A DNA stretch of 64,000 nucleotides from Candidatus Omnitrophota bacterium. Lineage in GTDB: Bacteria; Omnitrophota; Gorgyraeia; Tantalellales; Tantalellaceae. The stretch lies in contig JBAROK010000036.1 in assembly GCA_049642065.1 (NCBI GenBank), positions 752-64,751 on the forward strand, given 5' to 3'. The notes beneath the pieces were generated by a model. It saw nothing but the letters and a program-made list of their open reading frames with translations. It did no database searches and was not told the DNA's origin. Made by a program: the position numbers and the translations under genes. Shown here in pieces: positions 10,927 through 20,696 of the stretch; the first letter of the stretch is position 1, and each line of letters begins with the position of its first letter.

Positions 10927-11919
10927 TTAATCAATGACCTGGTGAAGACACTTTTTCACTTTGGTTATCGTGTGATGCGCGACTTCCCTGGCTTTCTCGG
11001 AGCCTTCTTTTATTATCTTGTGCACTTCGTCGTCCGTAAGCGCAGCTCTTCGTTCCCTTATTGGGTCAAGAAACTCATTCAGGGCCTTGGCAAGTTTCTT
11101 TTTTACTTCGACATCCCCTACTTTACCGGTTTTATACCTTTTCTTAAGATCATCTACTTCTTCGGTGTCCGGATTAAAGATATCATGATATATGAAAACG
11201 GGGTTCCCTTGTACCTTGCCCGGGATATCCGCCCGTACCCTGTTAGGGTCGGTGTACATGCTATGAACTTTTTTATTCACAATCTCAGGAGTATCTGCAA
11301 GCGAAATAAAATTCCCATAGCTTTTTGACATCTTGCGGTTGTCCAACCCTACCAACTTTGAGACCTTTGTCAGCATGGGCTGAGGCTCTACGAATATTTC
11401 CTTCTCGTATAGGCCGTGGAACCTGCGGATGATCTCTCTGGCAAGTTCAAGATGATGTTTCTGATCCTCACCTACCGGCACCAGATCCGCCTTATAGAGG
11501 GCGATGTCCGCCGCCTGCAGCACAGGGTACCCCAGGAACCCGTAGGTAGCAAGCATGCGTCCCTTAATCTCTCTAAGCTGCTCCTTGTAAGTCGGGCACC
11601 TTTCCAGCCAGCCTAAAGGAGTAATCATAGAGAATACCATGGCAAGTTCCAGATGCTCCGGTACCATGCTCTGGATGAAAATAACGCTTTTCTTTGGATC
11701 TATCCCGCAGGATATCCAATCCTTGACGATCTCGAAACTGTTCTTCTTGATATCCGAAGGTTTTTCATACTCGCTCATTAGCGCATGCCAGTCGGCGACC
11801 ATAAAAAAACATGCATACTCTTTCTGCATCTCGACCCAGTTATTTAGAGCGCCCACAAGATGGCCGAGGTGAAGTTTACCCGTCGGTCTCATTCCGCTAA
11901 GTATATTTTTCTTCTTCAT
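10927..11919 (-). CDS. trpS: Tryptophan--tRNA ligase
   Basis: GHLVG (HIGH-type) and KMSKS motifs; 330 aa. Confidence 0.9.
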   Translation of the reverse strand: MKKKNILSGMRPTGKLHLGHLVGALNNWVEMQKEYACFFMVADWHALMSEYEKPSDIKKNSFEIVKDWISCGIDPKKSVIFIQSMVPEHLELAMVFSMITPLGWLERCPTYKEQLREIKGRMLATYGFLGYPVLQAADIALYKADLVPVGEDQKHHLELAREIIRRFHGLYEKEIFVEPQPMLTKVSKLVGLDNRKMSKSYGNFISLADTPEIVNKKVHSMYTDPNRVRADIPGKVQGNPVFIYHDIFNPDTEEVDDLKKRYKTGKVGDVEVKKKLAKALNEFLDPIRERRAALTDDEVHKIIKEGSEKAREVAHHTITKVKKCLHQVID

Positions 11920-11953
11920 GTGGATAATGTTTTCCGTGACCTTTGATAAGTCA

Positions 11954-14440
11954 CTATTTTTCCAGCCTTCTAGCTACTTTCTCTATGATATAAGCTTCAA
12001 ATATATCGTTTTTTCGAACATTGTTGAACCCTTTTAAGGAAATACCACACTCAAAACCTTCTCTTACATCCCGGACATCATCTTTGAACCTTCTGAGCGC
12101 GTTTATGCCCCCCTCAAAGACTATTTCATCACCGCGTTTAACTCTTATACGGTCTTTCCGGTGTATGGTCCCCTTAAGAACAGCGCAACCGGCAACCTTA
12201 CCTGTCTTCGATGATTGAAACACCTCGCGCACTTCAGCACGCCCCTGAAATACCTCTTTCTCTTCGGGTTCAAGTAACCCCTCCATCGAAGCCTTTACGT
12301 CAGCAATGGCTTCGTATATGACGTCATAAACATGGATATCTACTTTTTCGTCCTTTGATATCTCTTCCGCTTTGGAATCTATTTTTACATGGAACCCTAT
12401 TACAACACCGTTCGATACCATAGCGAGCATTACGTCAGATTCATTGATGTTACCAACGGCCGCATGTATAATTTTTACCTTAACTTCTTCAGTCTCAAGA
12501 TCCTCCAAAGATTGTGCAATAGCTCCTATCGATCCCTGTACATCCGCTTTAAGGATGATCTTGAGCTCTTTCATGCTTCCGTCAACGACAAGGCTGTGAA
12601 AATCTTCCAAGCTGACCCTTTGGCTCCCAGCCATTTTACCTTTCCTGTTCTCGCCCTGTTTAAGTAATGCTAACGTCCTGGCTTTTTTCTCGTCCTTTAC
12701 GGCAAAGAATTCTTCACCGGCTTCGGGTACTCCCTGGAGCCCTAACACTTCTACAGGAGTAGCTGGAGGGGCTACTTGAACCCGTTCGCCTCTATCGTTT
12801 ATCATCGCCTTGACCTTGCCAAAAAAGGAACCGCACAAGACGATGTCTCCCGGATATAAAGTACCGTTCTGAACAAGCAGGGTCGCTACTACACCTTGAC
12901 CTGGTGTTTTCTTACCTTCGATCACGGTCCCGCGAGCCCTCAATTTCGAATTGGCCCTCAGCTCAAGCATATCTGATTCCAGCATGAGCATCTCCATAAG
13001 AGTATCAATACCTTCGCCTGTCTTGGCCGATACTTCTATCATGACGGTCTTTCCGCCCCAGTCTTCCGGGGTAAGGTCTTCCCCCTGCAATTCCCTCTTC
13101 ACCTTATCCGGACTAGCGTCAGCAAGATCGCACTTATTTATCGCAACAACTATCGGCACTCCCGCCGCCCTGGCATGGTCAATCGCTTCCTTCGTCTGCG
13201 GCATCACCCCATCATCAGCGGCAACTACGAGGACTACAACGTCCGTAGCATGCGCACCTCTGGCTCTCATAGCCGTAAAAGCAGCATGACCCGGAGTATC
13301 GAGAAACGTAACCGATCCGCCCGGAAGATCTACTTTGTAAGCACCAATATGCTGCGTAATCCCGCCTTTCTCTCCCTTGGTTACCATAGTATTACGTATG
13401 TAATCAAGTAACGAAGTTTTTCCATGATCGACATGCCCCATGAACGTAACTACAGGTGCGCGTGCTTCTATAGCGACTTTTTTCTCATCGTGGTGTTCCG
13501 CAACAAGTTCTTTCTCCATGGATGCAACCGTATCGTGAAGTTCCAGCTCATATCCAAAATAGGTCATGATATCCCGTACTGCATCTTCTTCGAGATCCTG
13601 GTTTATATTCACTAGCATACCTTTGCCCATTACATACTGGATAATCTCGTTAGGCTTCTTATTTATACTAGGTGCCAGATTCCTGATATTGATCGGTACC
13701 TGCAGCTTTATCTTTTGCGGCGTCTTTCTTTCTGGCGGTTTTACCGCACTAGTAACAGGCTGCACCCTTCTTCCTGAGCCAGAAGTTACTACAGTTCTCT
13801 TCACCTTTCTTATTTTAGGCCTGACCTTACGGATCCTCTGGATTTTTGATATGCCCGGTTTCGCTTTACCGGCCGCTTCTTTTACCAATTCTTCGGGCGA
13901 GAGTTTTTTGGCCTGCGTTACCGGGGGTTTCGGCCCTGCCACTTTTTCGACCTTAGGAACTTTTTTTATTGCCGGTTTGGCCATCTCTTCCATGGCCTTA
14001 GTTTCTTCCGGCGCGGCCTTCTTAACTATACGGATCCCCCCAAGAGCACCTGTTTTTGGTTTTTCCTTTAATGCTTTTTGCTCTTCGGCTTTCGGCTTGG
14101 CTTCTTCTTCCTTTTTCTTAGGTTCGGCTTCCGTTTTTTCCGTTATCTTTTTGGCTTTTGTCTTTTTTTCTTCTGGTTTAGTCTCTTTTTCTTTTTTCTC
14201 AGTCTTTTTAGTTTTTGTCTTGGCTGCAACTGCTGCCTTAGCGGGTTTCTTCGCCACCTTCTTAGCAGGTTTCTTCGCCGGTTCCGGCACGCCCAATTTA
14301 AGCCGGACCAGGCCAGCAATCTTGTCATCCACTTCACTGCTTGGACTATCAGCATCCACGTAGAACTTGCGAAGCTGTTCTAAAATAGCGTCATCGGAAA
14401 CGCCTAGTTCTTTGGCTAACTTACTGACCTTTATAGACAT
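11954..14440 (-). CDS. infB: Translation initiation factor IF-2
   Basis: N-terminal IF2_N, long Lys/Ala/Pro/Glu-rich linker, G-domain GHVDHGKT, C-terminal beta-barrels; 828 aa. Confidence 0.95.
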   Translation of the reverse strand: MSIKVSKLAKELGVSDDAILEQLRKFYVDADSPSSEVDDKIAGLVRLKLGVPEPAKKPAKKVAKKPAKAAVAAKTKTKKTEKKEKETKPEEKKTKAKKITEKTEAEPKKKEEEAKPKAEEQKALKEKPKTGALGGIRIVKKAAPEETKAMEEMAKPAIKKVPKVEKVAGPKPPVTQAKKLSPEELVKEAAGKAKPGISKIQRIRKVRPKIRKVKRTVVTSGSGRRVQPVTSAVKPPERKTPQKIKLQVPINIRNLAPSINKKPNEIIQYVMGKGMLVNINQDLEEDAVRDIMTYFGYELELHDTVASMEKELVAEHHDEKKVAIEARAPVVTFMGHVDHGKTSLLDYIRNTMVTKGEKGGITQHIGAYKVDLPGGSVTFLDTPGHAAFTAMRARGAHATDVVVLVVAADDGVMPQTKEAIDHARAAGVPIVVAINKCDLADASPDKVKRELQGEDLTPEDWGGKTVMIEVSAKTGEGIDTLMEMLMLESDMLELRANSKLRARGTVIEGKKTPGQGVVATLLVQNGTLYPGDIVLCGSFFGKVKAMINDRGERVQVAPPATPVEVLGLQGVPEAGEEFFAVKDEKKARTLALLKQGENRKGKMAGSQRVSLEDFHSLVVDGSMKELKIILKADVQGSIGAIAQSLEDLETEEVKVKIIHAAVGNINESDVMLAMVSNGVVIGFHVKIDSKAEEISKDEKVDIHVYDVIYEAIADVKASMEGLLEPEEKEVFQGRAEVREVFQSSKTGKVAGCAVLKGTIHRKDRIRVKRGDEIVFEGGINALRRFKDDVRDVREGFECGISLKGFNNVRKNDIFEAYIIEKVARRLEK

Positions 14441-14452
14441 AAAACTCCTGCT

Positions 14453-15817
14453 CTATTTCTCTTCCTCTTTCTCTTTGGAGTCCGCTTCCTCTTCTTCGGA
14501 AGTTTCTTCGTCAGAGCCGACATCTTCGTCGGTTCCTTCTTCTTCCGGGGTCTCCTCCGACCCTGGTTCCTCTTTTACCGCTTCCTCTTCAGCAACTTCA
14601 ACTTCTTCCTCTTCAGCGGCTTCAACTTCTTCTTCGGCAACCTCTGGTTCTTCTGCCTCCGCTTCTTCTGCTTCTTGCGCTGCCAGCTGAGCTGCCGCTT
14701 CTTCACATGCGGCAATTATCTTTTCAGCTGTTTTCTGGCCTATACCGTCCAGCTCCAATAATCCTTCTACACCGGATTGCTGCACTTTCTCAACGCTATC
14801 AAAGTCCGCAGCTTCCAACGTCTTAAGCGTTTTTTCGCCTATACCCTGTACTTCAGAAATAGGTATTTCCCATACCACTTCTGTTGATTCGGCTACCAGT
14901 TCCCATCCCAATAACCTTGAAGCCAACCGTATATTCCTACCCTTCTTGCCTATAAGCAGTGAAAGCTGGTCCTGTGCCACTACGAGAGTTATACTCTTAT
15001 TTTCTCTATCCACAACCATCTGGGATATTTCGGCCGGGCTTACTGCGGCCTTAAGATATGCGCGGATATCATTGTCCCATCGGACGATATCTATCCTTTC
15101 ACCATGAAGTTCTTTTACAATATCTCTCACTCTGGATCCGCGCATACCTACGCACGCGCCAACCGGATCCACTTTTTCTTCTTTTGAAGAAACGGCTATT
15201 TTCGTACGTTCTCCAGCCTCCCTAGCCACTGATTTTATCTCTACTATCCCTTGTGATATTTCAGGAACTTCCATCTCAAAGAGTTTCTTTACAAATCCGA
15301 CATCAGTACGTGACAATATGATCTCAGGGCCGCCTGTGCCTCTTTCCACTTTCCATAAATACGCCCTTATCTGTTCTCCCTGACGGAATCTTTCCCTGGG
15401 GATCTGCCCGGATTTCGGAAGTAAAGCTTCCGCGTCATCAAGCTCGATTATTACGTTACCTTTCTCAAAACGATGGACGGCTCCGCTAACTATCACTCCG
15501 ACCTTTTTTTCGTACTTCTCGAATATAACGTCTCTTTCGGCCTCACGTATCTTCTGGATTATGACCTGTTTGGCAGTCTGGGCAGCTATACGTCCGAACC
15601 TGTCGTTCTCAACTACCTCGCCCCCAGCGAAAACCGTTATCTCTCCAGTTTCCTGATCCATAGTTACGGTAATGTCTTCTTTTGATATCTCAGGGTCGTC
15701 TATTACTTTGCGCGCGGCGCTAACCAAGGCGCTTTCAATAGCCTCAAAAAGTATCTCCTTGCTGATACCTTTTTCCCTTTCGATCCTTTCTACTGCTGTT
15801 AACAGTGCTCCATTCAT
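14453..15817 (-). CDS. nusA: Transcription termination/antitermination factor NusA, with long acidic C-terminal tail
   Basis: NusA N-terminal, S1 and KH domains; tail AEEEVEAAEEEE... Confidence 0.9.
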   Translation of the reverse strand: MNGALLTAVERIEREKGISKEILFEAIESALVSAARKVIDDPEISKEDITVTMDQETGEITVFAGGEVVENDRFGRIAAQTAKQVIIQKIREAERDVIFEKYEKKVGVIVSGAVHRFEKGNVIIELDDAEALLPKSGQIPRERFRQGEQIRAYLWKVERGTGGPEIILSRTDVGFVKKLFEMEVPEISQGIVEIKSVAREAGERTKIAVSSKEEKVDPVGACVGMRGSRVRDIVKELHGERIDIVRWDNDIRAYLKAAVSPAEISQMVVDRENKSITLVVAQDQLSLLIGKKGRNIRLASRLLGWELVAESTEVVWEIPISEVQGIGEKTLKTLEAADFDSVEKVQQSGVEGLLELDGIGQKTAEKIIAACEEAAAQLAAQEAEEAEAEEPEVAEEEVEAAEEEEVEVAEEEAVKEEPGSEETPEEEGTDEDVGSDEETSEEEEADSKEKEEEK

Positions 15818-15838
15818 ATTATCTCTCCGTCTTTCCTT

Positions 15839-16306
15839 CTATATTGATACCCATAATTTAGCTTTAGCCACGTTAGTTCTTTCTATACGAATCTCATTGC
15901 CGTCTTCATCCTCAATAGTGATGTCTTGCCCCCCGTCAGCTTTCACTAACTTGCCAATAACGGCACTTTTACCGTTCACAGGTTCATGCGTCTTAACTTG
16001 AACCTGCTTGTCCAAAGCCCACAGAAAATCATTGTCGTTTCTAAGGGGCCTATCCAGTCCAGGAGAACATACTTCCAGCGTATATCCCCCTTCAAACATC
16101 TTCTGTTCGTCCATCCAGGACCTTATTCTCTTGTTAAAAGCGGTGCACTCATCAAGAGTTATCCCGCCTTTTTTATCCAAGACAATCTCCAAAAAGAAAC
16201 CTCTCCCACCCCTTGTGGAAAGACCAACTATCTCATACTCTGAACTTTCGGCTTCTTTATGTATATATTCAGATAATTCTTTAGGTATAATACTACTATC
16301 CATCAT
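15839..16306 (-). CDS. rimP: Ribosome maturation factor RimP
   Basis: Conserved rimP-nusA-infB order; GAGGTGA RBS before the ATG at 16306. Confidence 0.8.
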   Translation of the reverse strand: MMDSSIIPKELSEYIHKEAESSEYEIVGLSTRGGRGFFLEIVLDKKGGITLDECTAFNKRIRSWMDEQKMFEGGYTLEVCSPGLDRPLRNDNDFLWALDKQVQVKTHEPVNGKSAVIGKLVKADGGQDITIEDEDGNEIRIERTNVAKAKLWVSI

Positions 16307-16322
16307 TCACCTCATAATTTAC

Positions 16323-16356
16323 CGGCAAAAAAATAAGTGGGCGCTAGGGCCCACTT
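16323..16356 (-). terminator. Intrinsic terminator / attenuator in the rimP-nusA-infB leader
   Basis: Minus strand AAGTGGGC-cctagc-GCCCACTT, then A and TTTTTTT; lies about 15 nt upstream of the rimP RBS and about 20 nt downstream of the predicted TSS. Confidence 0.6.
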
Positions 16357-16381
16357 ACATTTGTTGCATTGCTTGTATGTG

Positions 16382-16410
16382 ATTGTAATATAATAATATA
16401 GGGTTGTCAA
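16382..16410 (-). promoter_or_regulatory. Candidate sigma70 promoter TTGACA-N17-TACAAT for rimP-nusA-infB
   Basis: Minus strand reads TTGACAaccctatattattatatTACAAT. A 14-bp palindrome AGAATCCGGATTCT sits immediately upstream at 16413-16426. Confidence 0.55.
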
Positions 16411-16496
16411 GGAGAATCCGGATTCTACGGTTCAGTTCTTCGATTGCCCCTTGCGCTTCTTCTCATATTAGGATAAAAAGGCTTTATGGATGCCGT

Positions 16497-17243
16497 TCAT
16501 ATATCCAGATGCTCCTTATTCAAGAGTTTGGCTGCTTCTTCATCAACCAAGAATACAGGATCACTACTCGCCAGAGCGACTTGAGCAGCTGGTAGGGGTG
16601 AATTATCTTCTTCCAGTACTTCTTTTAAAGTTTCAGCTTTCTCTGCACCGCTTATAAGGAGTAATATGTTACAAGCATTGTTTATAACGGGAAATGTAAT
16701 ACTTACTCTTTCATGCATTATGCTTTTCCCTTTAACAGGGACCGCTAATTTGTGGTGTTCAAGTGCCGCTTCTGTGCCGGGAAAAAGTGAAGCGGTATGA
16801 CCATCCTTACCCATCCCCAGTATCACAAGATCGAACCGGGGAACTTCATTTTCTTCCAATGCAAAGAAATTTTTCACCCGCTTTTCGTATTCAGAAGCCG
16901 AAAACTCGGCATCTCCCAGGTCCACCGGTATCCTATGCACATTATCCTCAGATATTCCCAAAGGATCAAAAAGACTCTCTTTTATCATTCTGAAGTTACT
17001 TTCCGTATCCTCAAAGGGAACCACACGTTCGTCTACCAAGAACATATGTGTATACTGCCAGGGAAGATCTTCTGTATGGCTGGAAAGTTTGCGATAAAGA
17101 TCGATTGGCGTACTTCCGCCTGAAAGCGCTACGATGAATGAACCCTTTTTCTCAACCGCTTGCCGGGCCATATCTTTCCAGAGACCTACAGTGAATTCTG
17201 CTATCTCTTCTTTCGTATCGAATATACGAATTCTTTTTTTCAT
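16497..17243 (-). CDS. pgl: 6-phosphogluconolactonase (NagB/Pgl family)
   Basis: FIVALSGGSTP motif; 248 aa. Confidence 0.75.
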   Translation of the reverse strand: MKKRIRIFDTKEEIAEFTVGLWKDMARQAVEKKGSFIVALSGGSTPIDLYRKLSSHTEDLPWQYTHMFLVDERVVPFEDTESNFRMIKESLFDPLGISEDNVHRIPVDLGDAEFSASEYEKRVKNFFALEENEVPRFDLVILGMGKDGHTASLFPGTEAALEHHKLAVPVKGKSIMHERVSITFPVINNACNILLLISGAEKAETLKEVLEEDNSPLPAAQVALASSDPVFLVDEEAAKLLNKEHLDI

Positions 17244-17271
17244 TTATTTTCCGGTAGAATGTGTTTTTGTC

Positions 17272-17838
17272 TTAATCTTCCAGGTCCCAGAACGGCGGGA
17301 ACAGACCATCATCATATTCTACAGAAGTAGTCCCTTCAGGCCGGCCATAAGAATCATAATATGAAGTCGTCTCGCCGGCCAACGGAGGGATAGGATTATA
17401 TTCCTCAGCTGGAAGAGGCTCCTTATCTCCTACATATTGTTTCGCTACAAGATCGCCTTCAGAATTGTATTGCTTGCGTTCCTTTAAGTTACCATCAGGG
17501 CCATAATAGCCCTCGGCGATCATGTTGCCATCTTCGTATTTCCAGCGCATTGCAGCCCACCCGTCAGCACCTTCGCGAAGCTGCCCGTCCTCTCCGTAAT
17601 AAGCTTCCCCTGTTTTATGGCCTTCATCATCATACTTTATATATTGCTCCATGGTCCCGTCTTCCCTGTAATACTTTTCTTCCAACAGGTTTCCGTCACC
17701 ATCAAGCTTTTTCGCTGTTCTCACTTCACCGCTAGGCCAGTAATCTTTGGATTCCATCCAGGTGCTTTGGGCGAAACACGTATGCCCACAAATAAAGACC
17801 ATCCCCAACAAAAGCATAAATACGACTGTTTTTTTCAT
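17272..17838 (-). CDS. Secreted MORN/YwqK-variant repeat protein
   Basis: Signal peptide MKKTVVFMLLLGMVFICGHTCFA, then repeated YYxEDGxL / KYxDEG units. Confidence 0.6.
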   Translation of the reverse strand: MKKTVVFMLLLGMVFICGHTCFAQSTWMESKDYWPSGEVRTAKKLDGDGNLLEEKYYREDGTMEQYIKYDDEGHKTGEAYYGEDGQLREGADGWAAMRWKYEDGNMIAEGYYGPDGNLKERKQYNSEGDLVAKQYVGDKEPLPAEEYNPIPPLAGETTSYYDSYGRPEGTTSVEYDDGLFPPFWDLED

Positions 17839-17858
17839 TTTATTACCCTTTCTAATCA

Positions 17859-18569
17859 TTAGTATCCAGCGAACTGCTCGGTTCTCACACATTCTTCGGT
17901 AAGCTTAAGCTCCTCTTTTAATATCTCTGTAAGACACGCAACCATTCCCGGAGGACCGCATAAATAAAAAACCCTTTCATCAAAATCGGGTATTTCTTCT
18001 TTTATCATACACGCGTCTATCCTCCCCGTCTTACATGTTCCCGGTGCAGGACACACATCGGGATCCGTAAGTGTATATATAACGCGTAAGTTATCGTTCG
18101 CTCCCTGCATCTGATCAAAGTCTTCTTTGAAAACGATGTCCTCCTCCGTATTATTCCCGTAAAGCAGGACCATGTCTACTGGAAGCTTGTTATCAGTAGC
18201 ATATTTGAACATGCTTCTGATAGGAGTTATTCCTATTCCACCCGAGAGAAAAGCGATTTTCTTGTTTTCCTCAAGCGTAAATTTCCCGTAAGGCATTTGG
18301 AGTTTAGCTTTAGCTCCAGGCTCTATGCCATCAAGCGCCTCAGAGAATTCGCTTTCCGTAATCCGCTTGGTAAATTCGACATATCCCTTTTCGGTGGGAG
18401 AACTTGAAAAAGAAAAAGGTTTGCGCTGCTCTTCTCCGTTAATATCGATGGCCACAAAAAAGAATTGGCCTGCTTTGAACTCAACGCCCTCATTAACCTT
18501 GAAACGGAAGCTTTTGACGTTGTGCGTCCTCCGTATAACATCCGTGACCTCTGAATTGAATTCTATCAT
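17859..18569 (-). CDS. FNR-like FAD/NAD(P)-binding oxidoreductase
   Basis: RxFS FAD motif (RKPFSFSS), GGIGITP NAD motif, CGPPGM motif, Cys cluster CPAPGTCKTGRIDAC. Start taken at MIEFN. Confidence 0.65.
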   Translation of the reverse strand: MIEFNSEVTDVIRRTHNVKSFRFKVNEGVEFKAGQFFFVAIDINGEEQRKPFSFSSSPTEKGYVEFTKRITESEFSEALDGIEPGAKAKLQMPYGKFTLEENKKIAFLSGGIGITPIRSMFKYATDNKLPVDMVLLYGNNTEEDIVFKEDFDQMQGANDNLRVIYTLTDPDVCPAPGTCKTGRIDACMIKEEIPDFDERVFYLCGPPGMVACLTEILKEELKLTEECVRTEQFAGY

Positions 18570-18579
18570 ATCTTTCTTT

Positions 18580-18942
18580 CTAGTCGCACTTAAGCCCGCT
18601 AATGGCGTCTTCTTCCGTATCAAAGTGCTGTATAGCACGCTCTATCTTGAGTATCTCCGTCAGATCCTTTTCTCTTTTATTAACGTTGATTATACCGATC
18701 TTTATGCCTTCTTTGAGATTCTCTTTTATAAAGTTCATTATACATGCAAACCCCGCCGTATCTATATCATCAACTTCAGCAAAATCTAAAAGTATAGCTT
18801 TAGTATCATCGTCCTTAACAACAGGCGAACAAACCTGGTAATAATCTGCAGCGGTATCAACGGTATACGTGCCGAACATCTTGTATACTTTTACCCCGCA
18901 ATCTTTTTTAACCAGTTTCATCCGTTCATTGTCGGTTCCCAT
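18580..18942 (-). CDS. STAS-domain protein (anti-sigma factor antagonist-like), orphan
   Basis: 120 aa STAS fold signature (ILLDFAEVDDIDTAGFACI). No partner kinase or phosphatase in the window. Confidence 0.6.
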   Translation of the reverse strand: MGTDNERMKLVKKDCGVKVYKMFGTYTVDTAADYYQVCSPVVKDDDTKAILLDFAEVDDIDTAGFACIMNFIKENLKEGIKIGIINVNKREKDLTEILKIERAIQHFDTEEDAISGLKCD

Positions 18943-18964
18943 ATGGAAGTATCCTTGTGTTATA

Positions 18965-20674
18965 TTACTTCAAACTTTTAAGAGCTTTCTTTACCTGCTC
19001 AACAGCTTTCTCTTTATCTATAAGTTCCTTTTTGCCGGAAGACCTGTCCTTGAGTTCCACTTTTCCCTTATCAAGTCCTTTCTTCCCTACAACTACCTGT
19101 AGAGGGAACCCCACAAGATCAGAATCTTTAAATTTCACTCCCGGGGTCTTCTCCCTATCGTCTATAAGTGTCTCTATGCCTGCCTCGGATAGCCCCTTAT
19201 AAATCCTCTCAGCTTCAGACCAAACTTCTTCCTCCTTACCAACGGGTATCACCACGACCTCGCTTGGACTCAATGACGCCGGCCATATTATCCCGTCCTT
19301 ATCATGGCTGTTCTCTATAAGGGCGGCAAGTATCCTGTTCACCCCTATACCGTAACAACCCATGATCACTGGTTTTTCCTTGCCACCCTCATCCAGGAAA
19401 GTCGCACCCAGAACTTCGGAATACTTTGTACCGAGTTTGAAAGTATGCCCAAGCTCTATGGAATATTTCATCTCTATCTTACCGCCGCATTTCGGGCAGA
19501 CATCTTCGGCGGTTATCATCCTTGCGTCTATCCATTCAGTTACCTTGAAATCTTTTACCGGCGTAACGTTTTTAAGGTGTTTATCCTTCTGGTTGGATCC
19601 TGCCACAGCGTTAACCATGCCTCGTACAGCGTTATCCGCAACAATCTTTATCGAAAGCCCCAAAGGACCTGAGAACCCTATATCTCCGCCCGTTACTTCT
19701 TTGATCTTGTTCTCTTCGGCGAGTTCAAGCGTATGTACCCTAAGACCATTCTTTATCTTGGTTTCATTGGCTTCGTGGTCACCTCTTAAGAGAACAGCTA
19801 CAGGCTCGTCATCTGCCAGGTAAATAAGCGTCTTTATAAGATCACGAGTTCTTACTTTCAAGAATTTACTTACATCTTCAACCGAAGTTACAGCAGGCGT
19901 ATTAACCTCTTCCGGGGTAAGCGGTTTTGTTGTATCTGCATCAGTTTTCGTATCTCCTTTAACGGCAGCTACTTCCGTGCTTGCTGCGTACCCGCAAGAA
20001 GAGCATACTATGATCCTGTCCTCGCCTATTTCAGAAGGAACCATGAACTCATGAGAAACGGTCCCGCCCATCAAACCCGGATCTGCTTCAACAGGTATAT
20101 ACTGAAGACCGCACCTGTCGAATATACGGCAATAAGCGTCGTACATCTTTTTGTAGCTCTTCTCCATAGATTCTACATCAACGTCAAAACTGTACGCGTC
20201 TTTCATGATAAATTCGCAGCTGCGTACAATGCCGAACCTTGCCCGCACTTCATCACGGAATTTTGTTTGTATCTGATAAAGTATAAGCGGCAGATCCTTG
20301 TAAGAACGCACCTCCCGGGACACAAGATCGGTAACGACTTCCTCATGCGTCGGGCCTAACGCTACTTCCCTGCCATGACGATCCTTGAACTTTATCATCA
20401 CTTCCCCGATATCTTCATACCGGCCTGTCTTTTTCCATAACTCAACAGGCTGTAGAGCCGGCATCAATAGTTCCACAGCTCCCGCACGATCCATCTCCTC
20501 GCGTACGATGTTCTTGGCCTTACGTAAAGCTTTGTATCCCATGGGAAGATAAGTATACGCTCCTGCTGCAAGCCGCCTTATAAGACCCGCCCGGACCATA
20601 AGTTTATGGCTCGTAGCTTCCGCTTCCTGGGGATCCTCTTTTAACGTGGGTATGAACGTGTTACTCCAACGCAT
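18965..20674 (-). CDS. proS: Proline--tRNA ligase (bacterial type with INS editing domain)
   Basis: Class II motifs; 569 aa with insertion domain. Confidence 0.9.
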   Translation of the reverse strand: MRWSNTFIPTLKEDPQEAEATSHKLMVRAGLIRRLAAGAYTYLPMGYKALRKAKNIVREEMDRAGAVELLMPALQPVELWKKTGRYEDIGEVMIKFKDRHGREVALGPTHEEVVTDLVSREVRSYKDLPLILYQIQTKFRDEVRARFGIVRSCEFIMKDAYSFDVDVESMEKSYKKMYDAYCRIFDRCGLQYIPVEADPGLMGGTVSHEFMVPSEIGEDRIIVCSSCGYAASTEVAAVKGDTKTDADTTKPLTPEEVNTPAVTSVEDVSKFLKVRTRDLIKTLIYLADDEPVAVLLRGDHEANETKIKNGLRVHTLELAEENKIKEVTGGDIGFSGPLGLSIKIVADNAVRGMVNAVAGSNQKDKHLKNVTPVKDFKVTEWIDARMITAEDVCPKCGGKIEMKYSIELGHTFKLGTKYSEVLGATFLDEGGKEKPVIMGCYGIGVNRILAALIENSHDKDGIIWPASLSPSEVVVIPVGKEEEVWSEAERIYKGLSEAGIETLIDDREKTPGVKFKDSDLVGFPLQVVVGKKGLDKGKVELKDRSSGKKELIDKEKAVEQVKKALKSLK

Positions 20675-20696
20675 GATTTATCCTTTCATATATGAT

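Noticed and set aside
13566-14363. 265-aa plus-strand ORF and an overlapping 70-aa Lys/Arg-rich minus-strand ORF (14143-14355)
   Set aside because: Both lie inside the Lys/Ala/Pro-rich linker of infB. They are compositional artefacts of repetitive AAG/GCT codons.
14367-14690. Plus-strand ORF encoding a Ser-rich 107-aa protein
   Set aside because: It is antisense to the GAA/GAG-rich acidic tail of nusA. The low-complexity mirror translation has no RBS and is fully contained in a well-supported gene.
16413-16426. Perfect 14-bp palindrome AGAATCCGGATTCT next to the rimP promoter -35
   Set aside because: About 4 zero-spacer 14-bp palindromes are expected by chance in 64 kb, so it is not significant alone. 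It is mentioned only as context for the attenuator finding.
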